Source: an uncultured Verrucomicrobiae bacterium
GTDB taxonomy: Bacteria > Verrucomicrobiota > Verrucomicrobiia > Limisphaerales > Palsa-1400
Assembly: GCA_963764165.1 (NCBI GenBank)
Contig: CAVXRD010000002.1
Coordinates: 2,464,001-2,528,000, forward strand
Direction: 5' to 3'
Length of the DNA: 64,000 nt
Shown: in pieces, positions 20,901 through 30,200 of the stretch
Position numbering within the stretch: position 1 is the first letter of the stretch
How the letters are laid out: the number at the start of each line of letters is the position of its first letter
Made by a program: the position numbers and the translations under genes
The notes under the pieces: generated by a model
The model's input: only the letters and a program-made list of their open reading frames with translations
Told to the model about the DNA's origin: nothing
Database searches by the model: none

Positions 20901-22261
20901 GGGCCAACAACTCGGTTCAAGCTGGCTCGGTCACAGCCACGGCAGGCAGCGTGAGTTTGACAGGAACAACGACAACGGGTGCCGTGACCGCTGGCGAGAA
21001 TATCAATTTGACCGGCACCACCACGGCGACAACGATTAGCACCGGATCCAGCGGAAGCATCGCGTCAAGCGGTGGAAATCTGACGGCCAGCGCTTTGATG
21101 GCTGGCGAGGGAATTACAACCGGGAACGCGAACGTCAGCGGCGTGATCAATGCCGGCAATGGCGGATTGTCCGCACCGGGCGCCACAATCAGCGCCTCGT
21201 CCATCTCGGCTGGAACCAGCGTTACGACCGGGAACGTCACCGCAGGCTCCATTGCGGCGGGAACAGGGGTGACAGTGGCCGGGAACGCCACCGTTACCGG
21301 CGCAATCTCCTCAACCGCTGACAATATAACCGTCGGCGGGGCCAACAACACAGTTCAAGCGGCCTCGATCACCGCCCCGGGAGGCAGCGTGAATTTGACA
21401 GGGACGACGACCACGGGAATCGTCCACGCTGGCGGGAATGTGAATTTGACCGGCAGCACCACGGCGACCGCGATCAGCGCCGGATCCAGCGGAAGCGTCA
21501 CGTCAAGCGGTGGAAGTCTGGCTGCGAGTTCCATCGCGGCGGGAAGAGGGGTGTCAGTGGCCGGGAACGCTACCGTTACCGGCGCAATCTCCGCAACGGC
21601 TGGCAACGTAGTCCTCGGCGGGGCCAATAGCATAGTCCGTGCTGGTTCGATCACCGCCTCATCGGGCAATGTGAATTTGACAGGAACAACGACGATCGGC
21701 AACACCGCCGCCAGCGGGAGTATCAATGCGAACGGCGCGGAGAACCTCACCGGAGTGGTGCATGCCGGAAGCGGCCCCCTGAGCTTGGACAATGTGACGG
21801 TTACAGGCTCTGCGACGCTGGAATCGGGTGCCAGCGGCAATAGTCCAATCACAATCAATGGAAATCTGACGACGCAAAAGGGCTCGACGTTGCAAATCGA
21901 CAATCCTTTAACGATCGATGGCACCGTCGACGCTGCGGGCACCACGACCACGCTTACGCCATTCATTACATTAAATAGCACGGTCGCACCGACATTTAAT
22001 TTCAATCTCCAGCAAGACCTTGTGGTGGCTGGCGCGCCAGGACCGCACCTCACAGTCATCGGCAACGGGCACACGTTCACATATGAGGACATCAACTTGA
22101 ACCAAATCGGCGAATTCGCTGAAGACTCTCTGGGTGAACTGGGGCCGCGCATCAGACGGGGCCAGGCGGCAAAGGTTGAAGTCAAGCCTGGCCAGGGAAA
22201 ACAATATCCGGCGATGATTCCGGAACTGAGCAGTTTCCCATCCTACCCGGGCAACCGATGA
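14987..22261 (+). CDS. TpsA: filamentous-haemagglutinin-like two-partner-secretion exoprotein (adhesin-like)
   Basis: Signal peptide (..APSVFA/NP); TPS domain AIINWSSFNI, VLNRV, NPNGILF; GGNGGHVEVSG, LLLDP; long T/G/A/N beta-helix repeats. Confidence 0.95.
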   Translation: MKKLHFKILAVSTLVLAPSVFANPLGGIVASGNAAIHPSGSLLTITQTTPTAIINWSSFNIGAGQSTIFQFTGAAGANSSVLNRVNSTSPSVISGLLESTFGPKGAIGGTVLVLNPNGILFSSTATVNVGNLTASTLGISDSAYLKGGTLSLAGGSTAPVVNEGYLHASGDIFLIANSVQNSGAIDAGNTAGLAAGNSVTLMQSGLERLTVNASQPGGASTGVNNTGAIQTAVADLAAAGGNIYALAINNGGVVRATTVTESGGHIYLQGNGGKVVNSGTLDASATKGAGGAVEVTGGNVSLTSSSVINASGPSAGGTVLVGGGSHGTDSSIPDATATTVAAGATINASATADGNGGNVVVWGNSDTFAGNVTTKGGVSGGNGGHVEVSGDTLGFKGMVTTTAPKGSSGMLLLDPVDETIDNNPADVGATQWSTLIAQNTPQTITANHLTLEATLGGSPSVDLASAQNYTFIAESTLVDTAIIKNTQATSSTTLSLQSGGSMTISGAINLGPTGGTPVGTISLMSAGNVSIGADLAASTVSVQSGSTGLGGNISWAANNLTVSADTQIYQAGDAGSTTSYADLSGNVSGHAPQFLNAAGNDIPSSFVFEQDAAIGGAGQTPLPAITQFGPSSSPVSSLVNASANPMAYTVQSDGGDVTLASGVGANVAGSALTLNANGTVNLNDSLNLASLGVTGPSINFNGGSVTTVGGQIYSGASTLVSDEVNTGTTINYTGTVDGGFSLKDIGSTTFGEAVGGTAPLASVTDTGTTAINGGSVATSGAQTYNDLVTLGANTALNSGTIELAGVAGAGFNLTLNNTGAATLNGVESGIGTLTASASAGASLTVDNTISAGSLVDNQTTTLNGTGGSETITTTGGDQNYTKTVTLGANTTLNSGTIELAGVTGAGFNLTLNNTGAATLNGAESSVGTLTASASPSASLTVDNTISAGSVVDNQATTLNGTGGSETITTTGGDQDYTKTVTLGANTTLNSGTIELAGVTGAGFNLTLNNTGAATLNGAETAVGTLTASASPGASLTVDNTISAGSLVDNQTTTLNGTGGSETITTTGGDQNYTKTVTLGANTTLNGGTIELAGVTGAGFNLTLNNTGAATLNGAESSVGTLTASASPSASLTVDNTISAGSVVDNQATTLNGTGGSETITTTGGDQDYTKTVTLGANTTLNSGTIELAGVTGAGFNLTLNNTGAATLNGVETAVGTLTASASPGASLTVDNTISAGSLVDNQTTTLNGTGGSETITTTGGDQDYTKTVTLGANTVLGGATIELSGVTGAGFNLTLNNTGAATLNGAESGVGTLTASASPSASLTVDNTISAGSVVDNQATTLNGASGSETITTTGGDQDYTKTVTLGANTTLNSETIELAGVAGAGFNLTLNNTGVATLNGAESGLGALTANGTGSLVVNNTIAGASVSDNEITALSGGSVATTGTQTYSDAVTLGANDVLTSTGTGVAGNITFASPVNGADSLTVNTSGTTTFSGAVAVQSLTVDQSDTLGSIALNGGAVTTTTGQTYDAAVTLGANTVLKDTGTGAITFGPSATITGTSETLDVETTGATAATFGGAVNVQSLTVEQSDTLGSIALNGGSVTTTAGGQTYGGAVTLGGNTAETLTAGTVTFGGPVSEASGQNNNLTVGGALIVNGGSVNTGTGNQTYGSTVTGSGDVALTGGALQVTGAFTAPNGTLTANGALTAGNIVSAQNVGLTTATIAGDLTATTGSVGSSGTISAQNISASQAIDVGGIGNSGNVTAGTSVTVNGSANLTGALTATAGSVATGNVNAALITAATGVSVNGNATVTGAISSTTGNLAVGGANNTVQAGSVTATAGSVSLTGTTTTGAVTAGENVNLTGTTTATTISTGSSGSIASSGGNLTASALMAGEGITTGNANVSGVINAGNGGLSAPGATISASSISAGTSVTTGNVTAGSIAAGTGVTVAGNATVTGAISSTTGNLAVGGANNSVQAGSVTATAGSVSLTGTTTTGAVTAGENINLTGTTTATTISTGSSGSIASSGGNLTASALMAGEGITTGNANVSGVINAGNGGLSAPGATISASSISAGTSVTTGNVTAGSIAAGTGVTVAGNATVTGAISSTADNITVGGANNTVQAASITAPGGSVNLTGTTTTGIVHAGGNVNLTGSTTATAISAGSSGSVTSSGGSLAASSIAAGRGVSVAGNATVTGAISATAGNVVLGGANSIVRAGSITASSGNVNLTGTTTIGNTAASGSINANGAENLTGVVHAGSGPLSLDNVTVTGSATLESGASGNSPITINGNLTTQKGSTLQIDNPLTIDGTVDAAGTTTTLTPFITLNSTVAPTFNFNLQQDLVVAGAPGPHLTVIGNGHTFTYEDINLNQIGEFAEDSLGELGPRIRRGQAAKVEVKPGQGKQYPAMIPELSSFPSYPGNR
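17335..19215 (+). repeat. 288-bp (96-aa) tandem repeat, ~6.5 copies, inside tpsA
   Basis: Anchor (GGG)ACCATTGAACT at 17381, 17669, 17957, 18245, 18533, 18821, 19109. Confidence 0.95.
20400..21520 (+). repeat. 438-bp (146-aa) tandem repeat, two full copies plus a diverged partial copy, inside tpsA
   Basis: Anchor TCAAC of GGCGCAATCTCCTCAAC at 20435, 20873, 21311. Confidence 0.93.
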
Positions 22262-22279
22262 TTGGGCTTAATCCAAGCT

Positions 22280-24181
22280 ATGATAAAATTCAAATCTCAC
22301 TTGGCCCATGCGGCTATTTTGGTTGCATGCGGCTTCCTGACAACATTTCTCGCACCCAATCGCCTTTTTGGCCAGACCAATAGCATGGGAGGGGGGCACG
22401 GCTTGCCCGAAGGCAATCCGATAACAAAATTGCGTGGAATAATTATTTTGCCCACTTATGCGCAGGCAGCCTCCGGCGCGGGGGTAACTGGACCCGGCGG
22501 CGTTGCGGAGCGGGTCCAGCGGAAAATTCAGCAGATCACAGACCCAAAGATCACAAATGCGGTCGGGATTGTCGTGGTCGCCCCGGAATTTCTCAGCACC
22601 AGCGAGTTTATCCGCCGGTTGCAGCCATTCCTGGATAAGCCACTTACCGATGCCAGTCTGGCAGCGATACAATTCCGGATTCGGGACTATTGCAAGTCGC
22701 ACGGTCATTTGATCGTCGACGTGATTACCCCGGAGCAGGATGTTGTCAACCAAGTCATCCGCATTGCCGTGGTGGAGGGCGAATTGGCGCACCTTAAGGT
22801 TACCCAGCTTGGCAAGCGCTGGTTTGCCGATTCAATCCTAATCAAGGGAGCGGACTTCAAGACAAACGCGCCCGTTCTCGAGGGCCAATTGAACAGCGGG
22901 CTGGTTTGGGTCAACAATAATACCTACCAGAGCCTCGGGGTGGACGCCTTTAGCGGAACGTTTCGCGACGTGAGCGCCAGTTTCTCGCGAGGGGAGGATA
23001 TTGGCCACACGGATATTGACCTGCGCGCGCAGGAACGGTTCCCATTGCGTGTATTTGCCGGCTACGATGATTCAGGGATCACGGCCATCGGCGAGGACCA
23101 GTTTTTCGGCGGACTGACATGGGCCAACGCGTTTGGCTTGGATCACCGCGCCTCATACACATACCTGACGGATGCCAATCTGAATCGCCTGCAGCAGCAT
23201 AGCGGCAGTTACGCGATTCCATTGCCCGGCCACCAGCTCTTTACGATCTACGGAGCCTTCGCGAACTTGAACCCAGACTTTTCTGACATTCCCGAGGCAA
23301 GCAATCTGAGGCAGAAGGGTCAATATTACCAGTTGACAGCGCGTCATCTGCTCGCGCTTCCGTCGCTGGGGAATTACGATCATTCGCTGACATTTGGTTT
23401 TGACTACAAGAACACCGATACGCCGCTGTTGTTTACGGCTTCAACCGCGTCGACCATTTTGCAAACGAATCGTGTCCAGGTAAATCAGTTCAGCCTCGAA
23501 TATGCCGGGCGTCTCAAGGACCATTTCGGAACGACTGGCTTCAATTTGCAGGGCGTCTACAGCCCGGGCGGTTTGACTGAAAATGACGACACTGCCGAGT
23601 ATGACACGTTTCGGCGGGGAACGACCGCGCATTACTTATATGGACGGGCCGTGCTTCAGCGCGAGACATTGCTGCCACTCAGCCTCCCGGGGTCGATGGG
23701 TTCCATCGAGCCGCGGAAATTCACATGGTTTTTCAAGGCCTCTGGTCAGTTTACGGACAATCGTCTGATAACGACAGAGCAGCTCGGCCTGGGCGGTTTT
23801 GACACGGTAAGAGGCTACGACGAGCGAATCGTGGAAGGTGATTTCGGTTATTTGATAAACAACGAATTGCGCGCGCCGCGAATTAAGCTTGGCAATCTGA
23901 CGCGGCAGGCCAATCACCAGGACTGGATGCAGGCGGTGCTTTTTTGCGATTATGGATCGGCTTACAACCAGCGCGCGAATTCCGCCCTGTTGGAGTCCTA
24001 TCATCAGGAGTTGACTTCCCTGGGTGTGGGTTTGCGTTATGAAGTGGCGGATAACTTGCGTTTTCGATTTGATTATGGATTTCAACTCTCGCGGTCCTAC
24101 GCGACCACCGCGCCGGACGCCACTTCGTTGGGCAAGCAGCCTTCATCTCGCGCCAATTTCGGCGTTGAGTTGAGTTTTTGA
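22280..24181 (+). CDS. TpsB (ShlB/FhaC/HecB family) outer-membrane transporter
   Basis: POTRA-like PEQDV...IRIAVVEG; LGGFDTVRGY motif; C-terminal beta-signal GVELSF; directly follows tpsA. Confidence 0.95.
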   Translation: MIKFKSHLAHAAILVACGFLTTFLAPNRLFGQTNSMGGGHGLPEGNPITKLRGIIILPTYAQAASGAGVTGPGGVAERVQRKIQQITDPKITNAVGIVVVAPEFLSTSEFIRRLQPFLDKPLTDASLAAIQFRIRDYCKSHGHLIVDVITPEQDVVNQVIRIAVVEGELAHLKVTQLGKRWFADSILIKGADFKTNAPVLEGQLNSGLVWVNNNTYQSLGVDAFSGTFRDVSASFSRGEDIGHTDIDLRAQERFPLRVFAGYDDSGITAIGEDQFFGGLTWANAFGLDHRASYTYLTDANLNRLQQHSGSYAIPLPGHQLFTIYGAFANLNPDFSDIPEASNLRQKGQYYQLTARHLLALPSLGNYDHSLTFGFDYKNTDTPLLFTASTASTILQTNRVQVNQFSLEYAGRLKDHFGTTGFNLQGVYSPGGLTENDDTAEYDTFRRGTTAHYLYGRAVLQRETLLPLSLPGSMGSIEPRKFTWFFKASGQFTDNRLITTEQLGLGGFDTVRGYDERIVEGDFGYLINNELRAPRIKLGNLTRQANHQDWMQAVLFCDYGSAYNQRANSALLESYHQELTSLGVGLRYEVADNLRFRFDYGFQLSRSYATTAPDATSLGKQPSSRANFGVELSF

Positions 24182-24230
24182 CGAGGTGATAGCTGGTCTC
24201 GAATGGGCAAACGTTTGACTGCAGATATCC

Positions 24231-25148
24231 ATGTCGCGACTCAGCGAACAAGAATCAAAACAAGTTAATGATCTAGCCTCTCGCCTGCGGTTGATTCAGG
24301 CGGATAGCGCTTTTGCATCAGCGGAAAAGCGGCGGGATTATCTTCAGGAAGAACTCGCCCGATCGGTGAATACGGTGTCCGGGGCCGCGCGCAAAGACTT
24401 CCTGGCCGCGTTGTTGTGCCGATTCCCTGTCGGGGGCCAGATTCTCCAAGCCAAACCCGCTGCCGCCGCCGTACCTGCTCCGCCTTCGCCCCCGCCTCCG
24501 CCTTTGACTTCGGACGAATTGCTGGAAAAGTTCATTGCCAGCGCCAGTCAATTGCCAGCCGACAGGCGGGCTGCCTTCTCAGAACGGCTTGGCCGGGCCG
24601 GATTTGCGTGGGCCGATAAGGCGGCCATTGAACTCGATGTTGGCTCTGAATTGCGGCAACGACTCGGCCTGAAGCCCGAGCAAAAAGTGAAATTGACGCG
24701 CTTAGTCCAAGTGGTGATTCTCCTGGCTGAACGCGTGTCCCAGCTCGAGCAAGCCACTTTCAAGACCTGGGGCGAATTGAAAAAAGCAGGCCAGGCCAAG
24801 CGTTCCGCCGAATTTCGAGCAGCCGCAGCCCTGTATTTAGCGGGCGAGGACGACTCATTGGAGGCGCTTATGCAGGGCTTGGTTGCGCTGGTGGCGGCCC
24901 TGCAGGCTGCGATGCTGCGCGCCACCGTCGAGTTTGAGCGGGAATTGATCGTTCGCCTGGGGCCCCAGCAGATCGAGAATTTGGTGACCGAAGAGGGTGG
25001 CGTCGGATTTCTCAAGAATAAAGGGGAGCGGTTGTGGAAAAAATACGCTGAATTGGCCGCGGATTTTACAACCCCGGGAGTCATTGATCGGCAAGTGAAA
25101 GACCTTTATGTGAAGACCGTGGAGGCTGCCATGCGGGGCAACCGGTAA
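24231..25148 (+). CDS. TagH/Fha C-terminal-domain-like protein lacking an FHA domain
   Basis: Immediately before tssK; C-terminus ALQAAMLRA...RLGPQQIE...KGERLWKKYAELAAD...DLYVKTVE recalls the T6SS Fha C-terminal domain; N-terminus is helical plus a Pro-rich linker. Confidence 0.55.
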   Translation: MSRLSEQESKQVNDLASRLRLIQADSAFASAEKRRDYLQEELARSVNTVSGAARKDFLAALLCRFPVGGQILQAKPAAAAVPAPPSPPPPPLTSDELLEKFIASASQLPADRRAAFSERLGRAGFAWADKAAIELDVGSELRQRLGLKPEQKVKLTRLVQVVILLAERVSQLEQATFKTWGELKKAGQAKRSAEFRAAAALYLAGEDDSLEALMQGLVALVAALQAAMLRATVEFERELIVRLGPQQIENLVTEEGGVGFLKNKGERLWKKYAELAADFTTPGVIDRQVKDLYVKTVEAAMRGNR

Positions 25149-25154
25149 TTCCGT

Positions 25155-26516
25155 ATGCAAATCCATTGGCACGAAGGTCTGTTCCTGCAGCCGCACCACT
25201 TGCAAACAATGCAGAGGGATGCAATGCAGGAGATCCGAACGCTGAGGTCGTTGATTTTTCCCTTCAGTTTCGGGATCGTGGAGAGCAGGCTTTCTTACGA
25301 TGATTTGGCGGACGGGCGAATTCGCTACGAACGCCTGCGGGCCGTCATGCCCAGCGGATTGGAGGTTTCATTTCCAGACGACGCCTCCCTTCCGGCGCTG
25401 GACATCAAGGCCGAATTAGCTCGCAGTTCCAGCGCATTTGAAGTGCTTCTGGCGGTTCCGCTCTGGGCGAAAAACCGGGCCAACTCATTTCGAACCGGGG
25501 ATCGTCCCGATCCGCGGGTCAAATTGCTTTATGTTCCGTCTGAGACGGCTCAGGTCATGGACGAGAATACGGGGGACAATCCGCAGACCATAATTGTGCG
25601 CAAGGTAAATGCGCGCATCGCCGTCAAAGGGGATGACTTGTCGGATATGGAGTGGCTGCCTCTGCTGCGTGTGCAGCGCGCGACCGGCGCCGAGAATGCC
25701 AAGGCCCAGCCGGATCCGGAGTTTGTCCCTCCATCGCTTCTCTTGTGCTCCGCACCCATTCTGCACGAAATGATGCGCGAGCTGGTTGCCCAGCTCAACG
25801 CCTGCCGCAAGGATTTGCGCATCAAGGTGGCGACGGGCGGGCTGGCATTGGAGATGAAATGGGAATTAACCATGAAGCTCGCCACGCTCAACAGAGTGTG
25901 CGGGAGTTTGCCCGCGCTGGTCGACGAGGGCAAAGCGCCGCCGTTTGCGATTAACCTTCGATTGCGTGAATTGCTGGGTGAACTGGTTGCCTTGCAGCCG
26001 CAAAAGACCACCTTCGAGTGCGAGGCTTATGATCACCTTAACCCTTACCGTTCCTTCAAGGAGCTGGACCAAAAGATCAGGGAGTTGATTCGAGTGACCA
26101 AAGGCACGCCTCCCAAAACCGTTCTTTTTACCGGCAACCCGGGGCTGTTGCGGGCGGAGTTGCAGCCGGCGGACTTCAGCACTCCCACCGCCTACTATTT
26201 GGGGGTGCAAACCCAGGCCGACCGAACCAAACTGGCCCTCTACCTTAGCGACGGCAACAAGTTCAAGCTGATGCCGCGCAGCATGGAGCAAGTGGCCATC
26301 CTTGGGCTGGAGCTCAAAGAGGAGAATTACCCGCCGCTGGATTTGCCTGCGGTCAATAATTTGATTTATTTCCGCCTCGTTCCCTCCAGCAATGTGCGCC
26401 GCTGGGATCAAATGCGGCAGGACAACGCCGTATCCTTGGTTTGGAACAACGCGGAGTTTAATTTGAGCGGAGCCACGTTTACCCTGTACATGATTCTTCC
26501 CTCGGGGGCCGTATGA
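25155..26516 (+). CDS. tssK: T6SS baseplate subunit TssK
   Basis: IHWHEGLFLQPHHLQ, DPEFVPP, YDHLN. Confidence 0.95.
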   Translation: MQIHWHEGLFLQPHHLQTMQRDAMQEIRTLRSLIFPFSFGIVESRLSYDDLADGRIRYERLRAVMPSGLEVSFPDDASLPALDIKAELARSSSAFEVLLAVPLWAKNRANSFRTGDRPDPRVKLLYVPSETAQVMDENTGDNPQTIIVRKVNARIAVKGDDLSDMEWLPLLRVQRATGAENAKAQPDPEFVPPSLLLCSAPILHEMMRELVAQLNACRKDLRIKVATGGLALEMKWELTMKLATLNRVCGSLPALVDEGKAPPFAINLRLRELLGELVALQPQKTTFECEAYDHLNPYRSFKELDQKIRELIRVTKGTPPKTVLFTGNPGLLRAELQPADFSTPTAYYLGVQTQADRTKLALYLSDGNKFKLMPRSMEQVAILGLELKEENYPPLDLPAVNNLIYFRLVPSSNVRRWDQMRQDNAVSLVWNNAEFNLSGATFTLYMILPSGAV

Positions 26517-27205
26517 AGCTGCTGGATAATTACGAAGCGCTCTTTCAATACATGTGCCTGTTGAGCCGCATCGCCAAGGCCCGGCCCGAGGCGCATCCGG
26601 AGTATGCCCAGGTTCGCGCGGATATCAGGGCGTTGCTCGAGGATCTTGAGCGCGGCGCGGCCGCCGATGTGCGGCTATCCAACCAGATCAAGCGCCTGGA
26701 GCTGCCGGTGGTCTTCTTTATTGACAACATCATTTGCACCAGCAAGCTGAAATTTGCCCAGCAGTGGGCCGGTGCGCGCCTGGCCATTGAGAAACGCAAC
26801 GAACTGGCCGGTGACGAGCGGTTTTTCGATTTTGTGACACAAGACCTGCCAGACACAAGCGAAGAGGCGGCTGAGCGGCTGGCAGTCTATTACACCTGCT
26901 TTGGCCTTGGATTCACCGGCATGTACGTGTCGCAGCCCAAAGAGATACGCAACTTGCAGGAGCAGATTTTTCCGCGCATCCGCCAATGGGCCGATTCGGA
27001 TCGGGTGCGAATCAGCGAAGAAGCCTACAAGCCCACCGACACGCGGACTCTGACCGAACCGGCCAGCAACAAAATCATCTTTGTGGCGATTCTCTTTGTA
27101 TTTCTGTGCTTGGCCAGCCTGCTGATTTATTGCGGGCTTTATCGCGAGGCCTCTTCGGACCTTAGCCAGTCGATAAAAGCAATCAAAACACACGCGCAAC
27201 CCTAG
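26513..27205 (+). CDS. tssL: T6SS DotU/TssL protein
   Basis: FFIDNII, W..ARL, ELAGDERFF, VYYTCFGLGFTG; C-terminal TM. Confidence 0.93.
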   Translation: MKLLDNYEALFQYMCLLSRIAKARPEAHPEYAQVRADIRALLEDLERGAAADVRLSNQIKRLELPVVFFIDNIICTSKLKFAQQWAGARLAIEKRNELAGDERFFDFVTQDLPDTSEEAAERLAVYYTCFGLGFTGMYVSQPKEIRNLQEQIFPRIRQWADSDRVRISEEAYKPTDTRTLTEPASNKIIFVAILFVFLCLASLLIYCGLYREASSDLSQSIKAIKTHAQP

Positions 27206-27223
27206 TTGCGGCACCGCGATATC

Positions 27224-30200
27224 ATGGACGACGACTCCAAAACGAATTCAATCATAAAAATGGGCCTGTGCGGCCTGGGACTGGGCGTGCTGGCGCCGTT
27301 GGCGATATTGCACAATACCACCGGCCTTTGGATAGCATTGGGCATTCTCGTGCTGGGACTTCTTCTGTTCGGAGGTTACTTCCTGTGGAAACGAGCGGCC
27401 GCCAACAGAGAAAGCACGAATTTCAGGCAAGGGTTGGAAGATGTCACAGGGGCTCCCAAAACGGTCAGTGACCCGCAACAGCGGGCCAAGCTGGACGACG
27501 TGCGGCGCAAGTTCCAAAAGGGGCTCCAAGAGTTCAAGAGCCGCGGCAAAGACATCTACAAGCTCCCTTGGTTTGTCATCATCGGCGAATCCGGCTCGGG
27601 AAAGACCGAAGCCATCCGTCATTCGGGCATCGATTTTCCGCCCGGCTTGCAGGAGGAGCTGCAAGGCTCCGGCGGCACCATCAACATGGACTGGTGGTTC
27701 ACCAACCGCGGCATTATTCTTGACACTGCGGGGGCCATGATTTTCCGTCATGAGGCGCTCACCGGCAAAGGCGACTGGCAGCCCTCCTCCGAATGGCGCG
27801 AGTTTCTAAAGCTGCTCAAAAAATCGCGGCCGCAATGCCCGATCAACGGCCTGATGCTGGTTCTCTCGACCGAGAGCTTAATCAAGGATTCGGCGGATCT
27901 CATTGCAAGGAAGTCGAGCATACTCGCCCAGCAGCTGGATTTGATCCAGCGGACGCTGGACGTGCGGTTTCCGGTTTACATGCTGGTAACCAAGAGCGAT
28001 TTGATGGAGGGCTTCCGCGAGTTTTCCGACAGCATATCCGATCCGCTCATGCAGCATCAGATGTTCGGCTGGTCAAACCCGGACCCGTTGGACGCGCCGT
28101 TCCGGCCTGATTTGATCGAGCAGCATTTGGAGGCAGTGGCCGAAAAAGTCCGGCGGCGGCGCCTGGCGCTGCTGCGCGAATCAAGCGCGGGCGATACTCA
28201 GTTGTTTTTTCGCTCGTCCAGCGGAGCGCCCCGGGCTTCAGACGGGACGGATTCGCTGTTCGCTTTGCCGGCGAGCATAAAACGCCTGGCCCCGCGCTTG
28301 CGCCGCTACTTGGAGACAATTTTTGTCGCCGGAGAATGGTCCGCCAAGCCGGTTTTTTTGCGCGGCGTTTACTTTACATCATCCATGCGCGAGGGATCGG
28401 CGCTGGACGAGGCGCTGGCCCTGGCTTCCGGGCTGCCGTTGGACCAACTGCCCGAGGCCCGCGAGAGAGAGAGCAAGGCCTTTTTCTTGAGAGACTTGTT
28501 TCACGAAAAAATATTTCGCGAAAGCGGCCTTGTCACGCGGGCCACCAACACCCTGAGAATGCTTCGGCAAAAGCAATTGCTCATTTTCGGCTCGGTGGCC
28601 TTGGCGCTGTTGCTGGTGCTGGTGTTCGCCTGGTTCGGCTACAGGAATCTGCAAGACACCGTCGGGCGCGAAGCAAGCTATTGGAAGGCGGGAACGACGA
28701 ATTGGACGGACGGACACTGGGATCCAGGCAGCCTCGTTGAAGCAGGCACTGCGAATCCGCTCCTATATAGTCTGGCGGCCCAAAAGCGCATTCCTGGACC
28801 GGACTTGCCGGTGGTTGATTACTACAGCAATCTGTTTAGCAAAGTGTCCACCGACCTCGCTGTGAGCTGGATTTTTGGCCCTTTCACCATGTTCGATGTC
28901 GGGGAGATCAAAAAGGATCGTCCGCTGGCGGCGAGCATTCTCTTTGAACGAGGGTTGCTCGAACCGCTGGTGGATAAAACGCGGAAAAAAATGGCCAGCC
29001 TGCCGAATTCACGCCCCGCGCCCGATGATAAGTCAGACGTGGCCCGTCACCGCGATGCGCTGCGGGCGCTGATGAGGCTGGAGACCGACCGGTTCGCGAT
29101 GGGATCGACCAAAACGACCAACGTCCAGGAGTACCTCCACGATTTCGTTACCTATTTAACCGAGAAAGAATACCAGCCCGAGCCTGTGCTGGCGGATTTA
29201 TCTGTCAAGGCCTTCTCGACTTGGCCGCCACCGTCGATTGTGCTTACCAATGGCACGAACCTGGCCAACAATCCGGCTATCAACCGGGGGTTGGAGGCGT
29301 TCCGGCGCGCAAATCAAAAAAACGAGAGCAACATCGTAGCCAAAGTGATCGCTCTTAACACTTTTGTTGATCAGCTTGACAGTTATAGGAAGGTGGAAAA
29401 GGACTGGCTGGCCGCGCCAGCCGAGCCGTGCGACATGGCGAAGGCGGCAAACCGTACGGTCGAGGGGGCGCGATTGGCGCTGCTCCAGACGAGCAACACC
29501 ATGGCTGGCACAAATACCATTGGCGCCATGTACCAACGCTTGCAGGCGGAGGCCGAAGCTGCTTCGGGCTCCTCGTTTTCCGATATTACATCCAACGTGC
29601 CACCCGCTTTCAGGGACAAACAAATCTTCGTTGAAATCGCCGGCAAGTTGAAGGGTTTTGCCACCGAGGCAAAAAGGAGCGTCGAAACCAATTATCAGGC
29701 CCGGCAAACAGTGTCCTCAGATTTGGATCGCGATTTGCTAGGGAGCGGAGGCTTCGACAAGCCAGCCTACCAGAACCGCCAGAGGCTATACCAGGACGTT
29801 TGTGATTTGCTCAGCAACAACGTTACGGTCACAGACGCGCTCATCGGCGATCAATGGCGGGAATTTAAGAAGATTGACGCCAATGTGGCTGTTCTTAGCA
29901 ATGACCTGGTAAGCTATCGCGGTCCGTTGAAGGAGGAGGTATTGGGGGCCTGCAACAAGCTCTCGGCGGACAAGATTCTGCTGTTGCAAGATACATTTGT
30001 GGCCCAGTATTTGCGGATCGTCAAAGCTGGGCTTAGCAACTTGACGATGGGTGGCTACGCCACCGTAGAACAAGCGAGCAACGCCGCTGTTTGGTTTACA
30101 CGGATTGCAAAAGACCTCGCGGTAACTGAACCGTTGGGAAAGCAAGCTGCTCAAGTTCTACCCCTAAAGCCGCTTTTGGACGCTTCCGTGGAGGCGGCCT

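Noticed and set aside
17335..22185. Series of minus-strand ORFs over tpsA
   Set aside because: Antisense shadows of the repeated T/G/A-rich coding frame
14987..24181. Contact-dependent inhibition (CdiAB-CdiI) system
   Set aside because: No VENN/pre-toxin motif, no toxin-like C-terminus and no small immunity gene; tpsA is followed directly by tpsB
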